Assembly: GCA_037310415.1 (NCBI GenBank)
Contig: CP147780.1
Coordinates: 96,001-160,000, forward strand
Direction: 5' to 3'
Length of the DNA: 64,000 nt
From: Candidatus Atabeyarchaeum deiterrae
GTDB lineage: Archaea; Asgardarchaeota; Atabeyarchaeia; Atabeyarchaeales; Atabeyarchaeaceae
This document shows positions 20,035 through 29,076 of this stretch, in pieces (position 1 is the stretch's first letter; each line of letters opens with the position of its first letter). A program made the translations under genes and the position numbers. A model generated the notes under the pieces. That model did not search any database. It worked only from the letters and a program-made list of their open reading frames with translations, and was not told where the DNA came from.

Positions 20035-21239
20035 CTGAAAAAGGCTCGGTGACAGGCTTTCTAGCCTTGGAAAGAAACGTCATCACGATCTCCATCAGCG
20101 GCTCCATAGCTACTGGCTTCAACGCAGTCTGGATGCCTTTCGTACCACTCTTCATGAGTGGTTTTCTACGATTAGGCCCAATGCTGATAGCGGGTCTGTA
20201 TACAGCTATGTCTCTTACAGCGGCAGTCTTCATGATCATTTCAGGCCGCGCATCAAATCGTTTGGGGAGGAAACCCACAATAATCCTCGCTCGTTGCCTA
20301 CTGGTACTAGCACCGCTGTTCCTGCTTCTTTCAATAAGCGCAAATGCGTACATCGCCCTCCCGGCGATGGTTTTGCTTGGAGCTGGGATGGGTTTAGGTG
20401 GCCCGGCTGCATCGACGCTCCTCACTGAGAGCGTGAAGGCTGAAAAGAGAGGGACGGCGCTGATGGTTGCTACCCGAGTCTTCCCGTCGCTACCGCCAAT
20501 AGCTACATCGATTGTTGGAGGTCTCTTGACCGCCCAAGGTGCCTTTGCATTTACGTATCTCCTTGGAACCGTGGGTCTCGCCACCATGCTCATAGTAGAG
20601 CTTATCGGCTTAAGGGAAACACTAAGACCAGAAATGGAAAAACCAGCGCAAAAGATGGAAAGTGGGAAGTCAAAGTCTACTTTGCGTCCCAGAGATCAAT
20701 TCATCATAATCCTCTCAATCGCTTACGCACTCGATTCAGTTTCTACACAAGCGATAAGTTGGTACATTCCTCTGTACGTAACGAGCCTCGGGTACACAGC
20801 ATTTCTCGTGGGCATAATGGGCTCCGTTCTGGGGGCTGCAGTCGCAGTGTCAGCATTGATCGGAGGAAAAATAACCGACAAGATAGGTAGATATCAGGCC
20901 ATAATCATCAGCTGGGGTGGCTTGGTACCCATGTTGGTGCTGTTCACGATAACCCAGAACTATTACCTCCTGCTCGTTACCTATGCTCTTTGGGTTTCCT
21001 TTGACTTGATCGACATGGCGGCACCTATTGCCTGGATAAGTGACAGAACCGAACCAAAAGAAAGAGCTTTAAAAATCAGTTTCTTCCAAAGCGTTTCCAG
21101 CTTTGCATCGATTATCGGCCCAACTATAGGGGGCCTCATGTTACTGCTAAGTAGTCAAGGCCCATTTCTATTCAAGATGGTGGCGCAACTAATCGCGCTA
21201 ATACTTATTGTTGTACTGGTGCGCAGGAAGCGGTCCTGA
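20031..21239 (+). CDS. MFS transporter
   Basis: 12 TM segments. Motif A-like GRASNRLGRK and GKITDKIGR. Confidence 0.9.
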   Translation: MTEKGSVTGFLALERNVITISISGSIATGFNAVWMPFVPLFMSGFLRLGPMLIAGLYTAMSLTAAVFMIISGRASNRLGRKPTIILARCLLVLAPLFLLLSISANAYIALPAMVLLGAGMGLGGPAASTLLTESVKAEKRGTALMVATRVFPSLPPIATSIVGGLLTAQGAFAFTYLLGTVGLATMLIVELIGLRETLRPEMEKPAQKMESGKSKSTLRPRDQFIIILSIAYALDSVSTQAISWYIPLYVTSLGYTAFLVGIMGSVLGAAVAVSALIGGKITDKIGRYQAIIISWGGLVPMLVLFTITQNYYLLLVTYALWVSFDLIDMAAPIAWISDRTEPKERALKISFFQSVSSFASIIGPTIGGLMLLLSSQGPFLFKMVAQLIALILIVVLVRRKRS

Positions 21240-21510
21240 AGCCCTAGTCGTTGACCCTAAATTTGCGCAGTGAAGGTATTCTTTGCCGTGAGGGACTGGA
21301 GAAGTATTAGAAAGTATAGGAACGAAATCTGAGCGGGTATGGATAGAGACACTCCCTTCAACGGCATTCTCTTACTGGGTTTTTATGTTATTTAAGATGC
21401 TTCAGTGAAAGCTCTGATTGCTTTCATGCGGGCAGTCGCAACCTTGACAAGCCATAGGAGCATGGGAGTCCATTTCGCTAGCCAAACGCCTCGTAGAGAA
21501 GGGATTTGGT

Positions 21511-21595
21511 CCCTCTAACCTACTGGCTGTCCCAGGTATGTATCGAGGCTAAGGGGATAGTTTCACGCAAAAACCATTCCCAGAAGGTTAGAGGG
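21511..21595. repeat. 16-bp inverted repeat (15/16 match) with 53-bp spacer
   Basis: CCCTCTAACCTACTGG ... CCAGAAGGTTAGAGGG in a 700-bp intergenic region. Confidence 0.7.
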
Positions 21596-21949
21596 TTAAG
21601 CACTGCCGCCTACCCGGGATCGATGTCAGAAACATGCCTCACTGTGTCCCCTGCCCCCTCAGGCGGAAGTACGTGACAACATATTCTCGCCAACTATCTA
21701 TATAGATTGGCGCAAATGTTGTGAATTTCGACACAAGGATTGCGGAGTTCTCAACATGTTTCTCGGATATGCCTATAGATTGCCCGAAATGATCTCCTTT
21801 TGTGGGAGTTCAGCTGTGTTTTCGGCTCGAAAACCCATAGGCCCGAAGGCATCAGTTTACGTGTGAACCCGCAACATGACGCAAGCTTCTTATCGAGATC
21901 CACGTGACATATTTCGAGGCGCAACAGAGCAATGAGGAGGGAACGCTAG

Positions 21950-22230
21950 ATGTCACCTATCAGAGCTGTAATTCCCGTCGAAGCTGATCAGGTGGATAAG
22001 ATCAAAGACCAGTGGAACAGGCTCAAGGACGAATATCTGTTATGCGGTTTCCTCGTGCTCACCAACAAAGACCAAGGCATCGCGAAGCACCTTCAGGACC
22101 ATTTCCGTGATTTCCACGAAATGTCGGGATCACTGAACGATATTCTATATCGGAGAACCACTCGGCAGGAAAAAGAAAAAGGCGATGGAACAGAGAAAAG
22201 GTGACAAAGGATTCCCATAGATAAGAGGGA
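21950..22230 (+). pseudogene. Disrupted hypothetical gene directly upstream of the GTPase fusion
   Basis: Good SD and ATG. Protein-like sequence (GFLVLTNKDQGIAKHLQDHFRDFHEMSG) shifts frame to TIFYIGEP and then stops. Confidence 0.5.
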
Positions 22231-22271
22231 TAATGTGGTCAAGATAATTCCTAGCTGATCCCTCGCTCTCT

Positions 22272-24170
22272 GTGGCAGATCGAATTGAGAAATTGACGGA
22301 TGCACATAACGCTCGCATCTGCAACGGAGAAGGATTCATCGAGTTCTTCATACTTTTCTTAAACGGTTACCCTGAGCGGATTATGCAAAGGTGTTGGAAA
22401 AGGAAAATGAGCGATATGCTAATGTTAGGGCGAATTACAGAGTTGCTAGGCAACAGACACACTATGAAAGTTTGCGTCGTTGGGTCAGATGCTGTAGGAA
22501 AGAGGTCACTCATTTTCCCGGTAGCGACTAGTAAGTTCAGTGATAGCTACTTTTCAAGTATCGGAACAGACTTCGGTGTGAAAGTGATTAAATGGGGCAA
22601 TACCGATATCCGCTTGCAGTTCTGGATTCTCAGACCAGGGAATCAATTCGAACGTGTTAGGCGATTTTACTTCGAAAACTCAAAAAGTGTAATCTTTTGT
22701 TTCGATTTGAGCAGGCCCCAATCCCTTATGGATCTGTCGGATGGTATAATAGAGGAAACGTTGACGCCTATCGCGGACGCACGACTGTCTGTACTGCTAG
22801 TTGGATGCAAAGCTGATCTCGCAAGCGAGAACGCTTATCTGACGAAACCTATAGAGGACGCGATAAGTCTCATTCGTCGGATCAAAGGCGGCTTGGAAGA
22901 AGTTCCATTCATCAGTACGTCGGCGCTAACTGGAATGAATGTTCATAAGGTATTCTATAAGAGCGCCGAACTTTACCTAAGATTTGGCGCAAAGAAGATC
23001 AGCGAGATTTCCGCGGGACAGAAAGAAATGCTCAAGGAACCCGAAGAGAAGTCTAGGGAGCGAACCCAGCTATTAATGCGCCTCTTTGGTCCAGAAGAGC
23101 TGTTCAGAATAGGAAAAAGCTTGAACTTGGACTATTTCAAAGGATTCTCCAGCCAGTTAAATATGAAACAGCATCAAGCAGCGCTAGAGATTGCGTGGAA
23201 CATCGATGATTCGGATTTGATTCGCTTGACGGGCGGGCTAGCTCCCGAACGCAAGCTGACGTTCGGCGGTTTTTATGGAAAGTACTACAGCGTGTCAGAG
23301 ATAGGCCGACTGACACATGGGGGTTCATGGAATATTGTGCGCGAGAATTGCCAAACGGCTCTTGGGAATTGGGGAGACGGAGCCTATGGAGTGCTTCGAG
23401 CGTTCGTGAATAGGAACGGAGTGGCTACCTACCTCGATCTAGTCGGCGAGACTGAAAGCATTCTGGGGTACGAAATCGCTCCCTCTGGTATGTTGAAGAA
23501 TCTTGAGTCCCTCAGACTGGTGTTTGAGACGGGAAGCAGCAACTATCCCAACTGGCAGATGCCACCCGAAATCATCACGCTGATTAGAGAAGAGCTAGAT
23601 GAGTTCAAGAGACCCCTGAAGCCACATGTCACATTAACGCCTGGTGACAAAATGCTAAGCCTCGAGAAAAGAGTAGATAACACTGTTCGTAGTATAGTCG
23701 AGGCTAGGCGCAACCTTAACCTGATTTTCAAGTCGAGATTTGGAACCGGTCTCTTCATACATGATGAAATCGCAATCAGCTACATACGAGAACCCTGTAG
23801 TAGCGAAGAGGAGTTTAACAGCAGAATATTGTCTCTCGCTACACTCATAGACGGGATAGAGACCAAACCTATCAAAGCTCTAATCAAGTCTTCAACCCCA
23901 GATAGGGGTTCGGTTAACATAATCGATGTACTCCTCCGTGAGGTTTCACCCGATTTTGATGAGGATATCATCAAGACGCTGAGAAACATTATTACGTTGA
24001 GAAGTAAAAAGTACCCTGTTCACCGAGACGAACCAGAATTTCTGAAGGCTTTGCGATATTTCGGTTTCGAAACTTTTCCTCCAGATTGGCAAGCACTCTG
24101 GGAAAAGGTTCTCCAGAAATACTTGAATAGTCTGGAAAGATTGGTCTCAGAATTTGGCAGCATTGAATAG
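22272..24170 (+). CDS. Rab-like small GTPase (degenerate) fused to helical/wHTH-like and HEPN-like domains; true start probably 22407 or later
   Basis: KVCVVGSDAVGKRS, SIGTDF, IRLQFW, FDLSRPQS, LVGCKADL and TSALTGMNV follow the Rab G1-G5 layout. C-terminal LRSKKYPVH (Rx6H). Confidence 0.8.
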   Translation: MADRIEKLTDAHNARICNGEGFIEFFILFLNGYPERIMQRCWKRKMSDMLMLGRITELLGNRHTMKVCVVGSDAVGKRSLIFPVATSKFSDSYFSSIGTDFGVKVIKWGNTDIRLQFWILRPGNQFERVRRFYFENSKSVIFCFDLSRPQSLMDLSDGIIEETLTPIADARLSVLLVGCKADLASENAYLTKPIEDAISLIRRIKGGLEEVPFISTSALTGMNVHKVFYKSAELYLRFGAKKISEISAGQKEMLKEPEEKSRERTQLLMRLFGPEELFRIGKSLNLDYFKGFSSQLNMKQHQAALEIAWNIDDSDLIRLTGGLAPERKLTFGGFYGKYYSVSEIGRLTHGGSWNIVRENCQTALGNWGDGAYGVLRAFVNRNGVATYLDLVGETESILGYEIAPSGMLKNLESLRLVFETGSSNYPNWQMPPEIITLIREELDEFKRPLKPHVTLTPGDKMLSLEKRVDNTVRSIVEARRNLNLIFKSRFGTGLFIHDEIAISYIREPCSSEEEFNSRILSLATLIDGIETKPIKALIKSSTPDRGSVNIIDVLLREVSPDFDEDIIKTLRNIITLRSKKYPVHRDEPEFLKALRYFGFETFPPDWQALWEKVLQKYLNSLERLVSEFGSIE

Positions 24171-24367
24171 AGGAGTTTTGTTCGTGGTTATTATGGTTCT
24201 GACTGAGGCAAAAGCGTCATATCTGAACATGCCGCATGAACTGAAGTCTCTGGATACAGAGCCTGAAAGGTTCTTGCTGCAATCGAGCAGAACAGACCAT
24301 GCATTATGATTGTTATCTATTTACTGACCAGTAATGTCACGCAAGTATTGTTGGAAGATATGCGTGA

Positions 24368-25095
24368 ATGGACATACGGCGCCATCTATTAAATTCCGGC
24401 ACCCTCCAGCAAATTCCACACAAAAGGCGCGACCGCGTTTTGGAAGAAGTTGAAGCCGGCAACCCAGTCGAGGCATACTGCGAAGAGGAAAACGAAGGCA
24501 GCGAGTTGAACACCGAGCCAGACGCGAACCTAGAGGACAGCGCCCTCCAAGGGGATAACATTGACTCAGCGAACATGATTATGGCACCAATACCGAAAAT
24601 AATATCCAGAATAGGCTCCAAGCCACCTGCAACGAGCGTAGCCTTGCTCATAAAGCTGCTAACGCCTCACTGTTCAACATTTCAAGGCGCACCGTACAGG
24701 GATCCCTCGACGATCCCCACTCTGGGATTGCCTTGTGGAAGTTCATTAACCGAAGTCAACAGGACATGCCGTCTCCGGTTAGCTGGATAGATAAAAGCTC
24801 GGCCATCGTTTTCTACTTGGAGGGGAACTTGGTGGGAGAGTGTCGAGTCGCCAAAGTTGAACGCGACTTTGAAGCCACCACAGAACTCAATGAGTTCCTG
24901 TATAGGGTTGGGTACTTTTCCAAATCCAGTTCCACATTCTTCAAAACGCTAATCGTCTACGATGTCCTCAAGAAGTATCACCCGTCGAAGTCGTAGGACA
25001 GCTTTAGAAAGAGATTCCCACGTCACAAGGGACGTATCCTACGGCGTTCGAGAGAGATATTTGAGAACGAGCTAGCTTGGATAAGAGGAGAATGA
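24368..25095 (+). pseudogene. Decayed hypothetical gene (frameshift near 24700, in-frame TAG at 24994)
   Basis: The frame continues past the TAG as DSFRKRFPRHKGRILRRSREIFENELAWIRGE*. Confidence 0.45.
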
Positions 25096-25304
25096 CTCTA
25101 GACAGTGCTGGCTGAATCGAACAGTCTGACATCTGGCCTTTGGCTCTTGCCCACTTCGGCAACTTCTTCTGGATCTTGGGGTTCTGCTGAGATTTCCTCA
25201 TACGGGTCGTCTTACTATAATATCCTACTCAGCTTCGAATCTCTATGGTCTTTCGATTAACCTTCTGAATGTCATCTATACGAGTAATTACGCATAATAA
25301 TCTT

Positions 25305-25766
25305 TCATAAGCCAAGACCTCTGCTTGCTCTACATAAAACCTCACTAACATAATTCTCGTGCCTAATCCTACTCTGAGTCTCACCAAAATCCCAATCTCC
25401 AATTATATCTGCCAGATCTTTGCCATCAAATCTGGCAAAATCGAATTGCGTACTCTCATTGCGTAAGCCAATCTTCTGCAGAACGGAATGTATAGTCTCA
25501 TGCGACAATATGAGGCTCATTACAATATCCTCTTTTCCAATGTAATTTCTGAGGGTCTGCCCTAATCCAAACCCAACGTACACATTGTCATTACCCGTCC
25601 AGTAACCAGTGTCACAACCTTTGGATAAACGCACGCCTGTCATATGTTTTGACAAACCCAACCCATAACGAATAAATCGCGATAAGAAGTACAGGACCAT
25701 TACCAATGCCAATATGATGGTGATAACAAGGAAAACACAAAGCAAGTCAAACATATCAATCATCAA
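25305..25766 (-). CDS. Membrane-anchored HEXXH-motif protein
   Basis: N-terminal TM segment. LILSHETIH motif. Confidence 0.6.
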   Translation of the reverse strand: MMIDMFDLLCVFLVITIILALVMVLYFLSRFIRYGLGLSKHMTGVRLSKGCDTGYWTGNDNVYVGFGLGQTLRNYIGKEDIVMSLILSHETIHSVLQKIGLRNESTQFDFARFDGKDLADIIGDWDFGETQSRIRHENYVSEVLCRASRGLGL

Positions 25767-25891
25767 CTAGCACCAGCACGCGTTGTCGGCAATCATCTCG
25801 TGGCTCAATCTTTCCCTGATCTCTCACATCATCTCACTGTGGGTAATGCCATGTATGAGTTTCTACTTGATATCGTGAGTACCTAATTCGC

Positions 25892-26482
25892 TCACACCCT
25901 TCCCTTTTTTCTTTTGCGAATGGCTTCTACCTCTTTGTTCGCAAGTGGGCGAGCCTCGCCAATTCCAATCCTTTGTTCCACTGCAATCAAAGAAGCAATA
26001 GCCCCTTCCCCTTGATTATACACTTTATCACAGAGATCAGCCGCATTTCTGAGATTCGTACCATCGCGAGTCTCCAAGTGTTCCCATATTAGCTGAAGTC
26101 GAATTTCTGAATTCCTATAGAATGTTAAAGTACTAACGATAGTATCCTCAGGCAGAAGTGGTAGCTCTGGCAAAAAGGCCATGAACGTATCTCGACTAAA
26201 TGCCGATTTGTAGCTCTCGATGGTTTCAATGATTTTTCCCTGCATCTGCTCGGAGGTCAAAGTCAAAGTTTTCTCCAATTCCTCAAATATGTCTCTCAGG
26301 TCCCAAATCGCTATCAGGCGAGAAAGAATGTCAATGTGTAAGATTGAGGCAACTCCGAGTTTTCTATTTTCCTTTTGTCTTTTCTCTTGTCTTATTGAAA
26401 ACTCGTATGTTAATAGAGCGCCCACAAATAACCCTGCGAGGAGCAATAAAACGTTCGTTAGTAGCTCTACGAGTTCAACCAT
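25892..26482 (-). CDS. Single-TM helical hypothetical protein
   Basis: SD GGAGAGG, N-terminal TM segment, coiled/helical body. Confidence 0.7.
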   Translation of the reverse strand: MVELVELLTNVLLLLAGLFVGALLTYEFSIRQEKRQKENRKLGVASILHIDILSRLIAIWDLRDIFEELEKTLTLTSEQMQGKIIETIESYKSAFSRDTFMAFLPELPLLPEDTIVSTLTFYRNSEIRLQLIWEHLETRDGTNLRNAADLCDKVYNQGEGAIASLIAVEQRIGIGEARPLANKEVEAIRKRKKGRV

Positions 26483-26675
26483 GATCCCTCTCCACTAATC
26501 AAGGCCGCGCCCAAGAGATATAACCATGCCAGTTCAGAAAGCGGATGCTCAAATGCTTGTCATTCCCTATCGACGAGATGCCACCTTTCCTCCAGCCCTT
26601 TGGCCCTTCGTGCAGTTTCTCTTCCATATCGCTTCTCTACTTCAATCCCTAGAGAATTCTGTGACTTCAGTGTTA

Positions 26676-27077
26676 CATTCGTGGACTTCATATAAGAAGC
26701 GCCGAGACCACGATAATGGAGAGTGAGCACCGGGGGACGAAGATCAGCGTAGGATCCTGATGCTTCTCTAAAACGATTCATGACGTTAGCGGCAACGCCG
26801 AGGAATGAACCTTCGACCAAATCACCCAAAGAACGAACAAAACAAGAGAGAAGGCAAATGACGCACCTGTGAAACTGGTCAAGATGGGTGAAATGTCAAA
26901 GGCGATGCAGGTCAGATACAGAGAGATCGCATGAACCTCACGGTAACGGTCGGATTTCAGAGGAAAGCGTCAGGACACCTTTGGGGAAAACATCCAACAC
27001 AACGAACAACTCCTTCAACCCAGTAAAGCGACGCAGCTAGCTCCTCCGCTGAATCCTCCCTCAACAAACACCCTCTT
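26676..27077 (+). repeat. Dispersed relic repeat, copy 3
   Basis: Collinear with 19366-19760. The best frame, TFDQITQRTNKTREKANDAPVKLVKMGEMSK, resembles a wHTH. Contains stops. Confidence 0.85.
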
Positions 27078-27786
27078 CCCCCTTTTTTGCTCAAAACCTC
27101 ATCGTGTACTCTCAAACACTCTCTCCTACCCCACCAACATCAAACAAACAACCTTTTTCACAACGGTATGCAACTTCACTGATTGGGCCATCGTCTCGAA
27201 ACAAGAGAACTTTCGCAAGCGCGTGTTAGTATGTGCTGAGAGGGTTGGAGAGAGAGCCAACGGGTAGCCGGCAGGCTAACCCAGAGCAACAAAGAAGAAG
27301 AGAACATCTGTCAGGAGGCTGGAAACCGGAAGGCGGAACGCTAGCCTGACAATACGTTGAGAAGAAGAGGAATCCAACTGAGGAGAACCATCAGCCAAAA
27401 GAATGGAACCACAACCAAGACGACATGTAACCTGAAGAAAACGACAGAGGGAATTGTAGGAAGTGAACGAAATGAAGAAACTACTCAAAACTTCTCTGAC
27501 AAACTCCCTTCCTGCAAAGAAATAGACTATGCAGAATTTTAAGAAACCACAAACTGACAGGTAATTGCACTCCTCAACCATGGCGATTTCGAGGAGGGCG
27601 GCACAAAGGTGTAGGCGGAGGGCAGCTCACTTCTCAAAAATACCCTCAGACAGAACCGCAGAGTCTTCAGCGAACAAGAGAAAGCGGGAAACTACCGCTC
27701 CTCCCTCTATCATCAAAGAGTAGGAAAAACAACCCTCCACCACACCGTGCAATCGTAAGTAAATCACGTGCAGGAAGAGAGGTTAA

Positions 27787-28971
27787 AAAAGAAGAGGGAG
27801 GAAACCAGCAAAGAAAGTCGTACGAGAGATATTCCAGAGATGGCAAAGCGGAGAACCAAGCGGGAAACTTCGTCGAGAGTACAATGTACCAAAGACCACA
27901 TTTTACAGGGGGCTACGACAACTTAACCCAAGGAAATACAGAAAGATCGTGAATGAGCGACAACCACACCACAAAATACCAATATCGATTATCTGGAGAA
28001 GACTAGACAACGGAGAGTCAGCTAGGAAGATCGCTGAGAAATACCACATTTCCCACAGCAACCTACGTGAGAGATTAGAGCGACTTGACAAGAAGAGATA
28101 CAAGAAGATCATGATTAAACGAGGAGCACAACACATAGTACCAATATCCGAAACCTGGAAGAAACTAGAAGATGGAGAACCACTCGGAAAGATTGCACAA
28201 AAATACAGCATACCACCAGAAACGCTCCGACGCAGGCTAGTAAAAGCTGACAGAGACAGGTACATGGCCATAAGGAGAAAGCGAAAACTGGGAACAGTAC
28301 CCCCAGAGATACTATTCAGGAAGCTAGCAGGCGGAGAGTCAGTCAGAAAGATCGCCCAAGAATATTGCATGTACCCTGAGAAACTGCGTCGCAGATTACT
28401 ACAATTTGAAAGAGAAATATACGAGGAAATCATCGATCGAACGAGAGCCATCAAGTCAGAAGGATATGGCTCTCAAGAAGCCAAGGCAGAAGGAGCAGAC
28501 AGCGACTTCGAACTGCAAGTCAGGAAGATCCTAGACGAACATAGCATTAAGTTTTGCAGCCCTACACTAAAACTGGGAAAGCGTAGATATTTCCCAGACT
28601 TCATGACATCCGATCGAACAATCGTTGAAGCCGCGGGAGTCACCAACAGAGAATACTGGGAACGTTACAGAGAGAAAACGAAGAACTATCTTAAACATGG
28701 CTATCCAGCACTCATCGTGGTACCATACAATCTGAGAAAAAGAGCCAAGGATTATCTTCCACACAGCTACATGATCGCGTCAGTCTGGATCAGCGATTTC
28801 AAAAAAGATCCGAAGAAGTATCTCAGAATCTTGAGGTCCCTAAGAAAGGTGCCCATCAAAGAACGCTTTCCTCCAGAACCAAGACTCGCTCTGAGAGTCA
28901 GGACAGAGGTGATGGCGACTCTCTGTTGTTCCCCTCCAGAGCGTTCCCGGGCAGCGACAGACATAGGGTGA
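27787..28971 (+). CDS. Tandem ~53-aa HTH-repeat array plus C-terminal PD-(D/E)XK (Vsr/DUF559-like) nuclease; 5' end eroded
   Basis: Four repeats (GEPSGKLRREY, GESARKIAEKY, GEPLGKIAQKY, GESVRKIAQEY), then FE...YFPDF...IVEAAG. The frame is open from 27787 with no start codon until the GTG at 27949. Confidence 0.75.
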   Translation, partial: KRRGRKPAKKVVREIFQRWQSGEPSGKLRREYNVPKTTFYRGLRQLNPRKYRKIVNERQPHHKIPISIIWRRLDNGESARKIAEKYHISHSNLRERLERLDKKRYKKIMIKRGAQHIVPISETWKKLEDGEPLGKIAQKYSIPPETLRRRLVKADRDRYMAIRRKRKLGTVPPEILFRKLAGGESVRKIAQEYCMYPEKLRRRLLQFEREIYEEIIDRTRAIKSEGYGSQEAKAEGADSDFELQVRKILDEHSIKFCSPTLKLGKRRYFPDFMTSDRTIVEAAGVTNREYWERYREKTKNYLKHGYPALIVVPYNLRKRAKDYLPHSYMIASVWISDFKKDPKKYLRILRSLRKVPIKERFPPEPRLALRVRTEVMATLCCSPPERSRAATDIG

Positions 28972-29076
28972 CTCTGCAGGCGAACCTGGAATGGCTCCGA
29001 GCAGAGGCGTATGCGGTGCTTTCCGGCACTCTGGAGACCTGAGGACTGTTTATTAGGCTGAGTTATCTTTTCTATC

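Noticed and set aside
19366-27077. Repeat pair as DGR template/variable regions
   Set aside because: Differences are not adenine-specific and include indels, and no reverse transcriptase is present.
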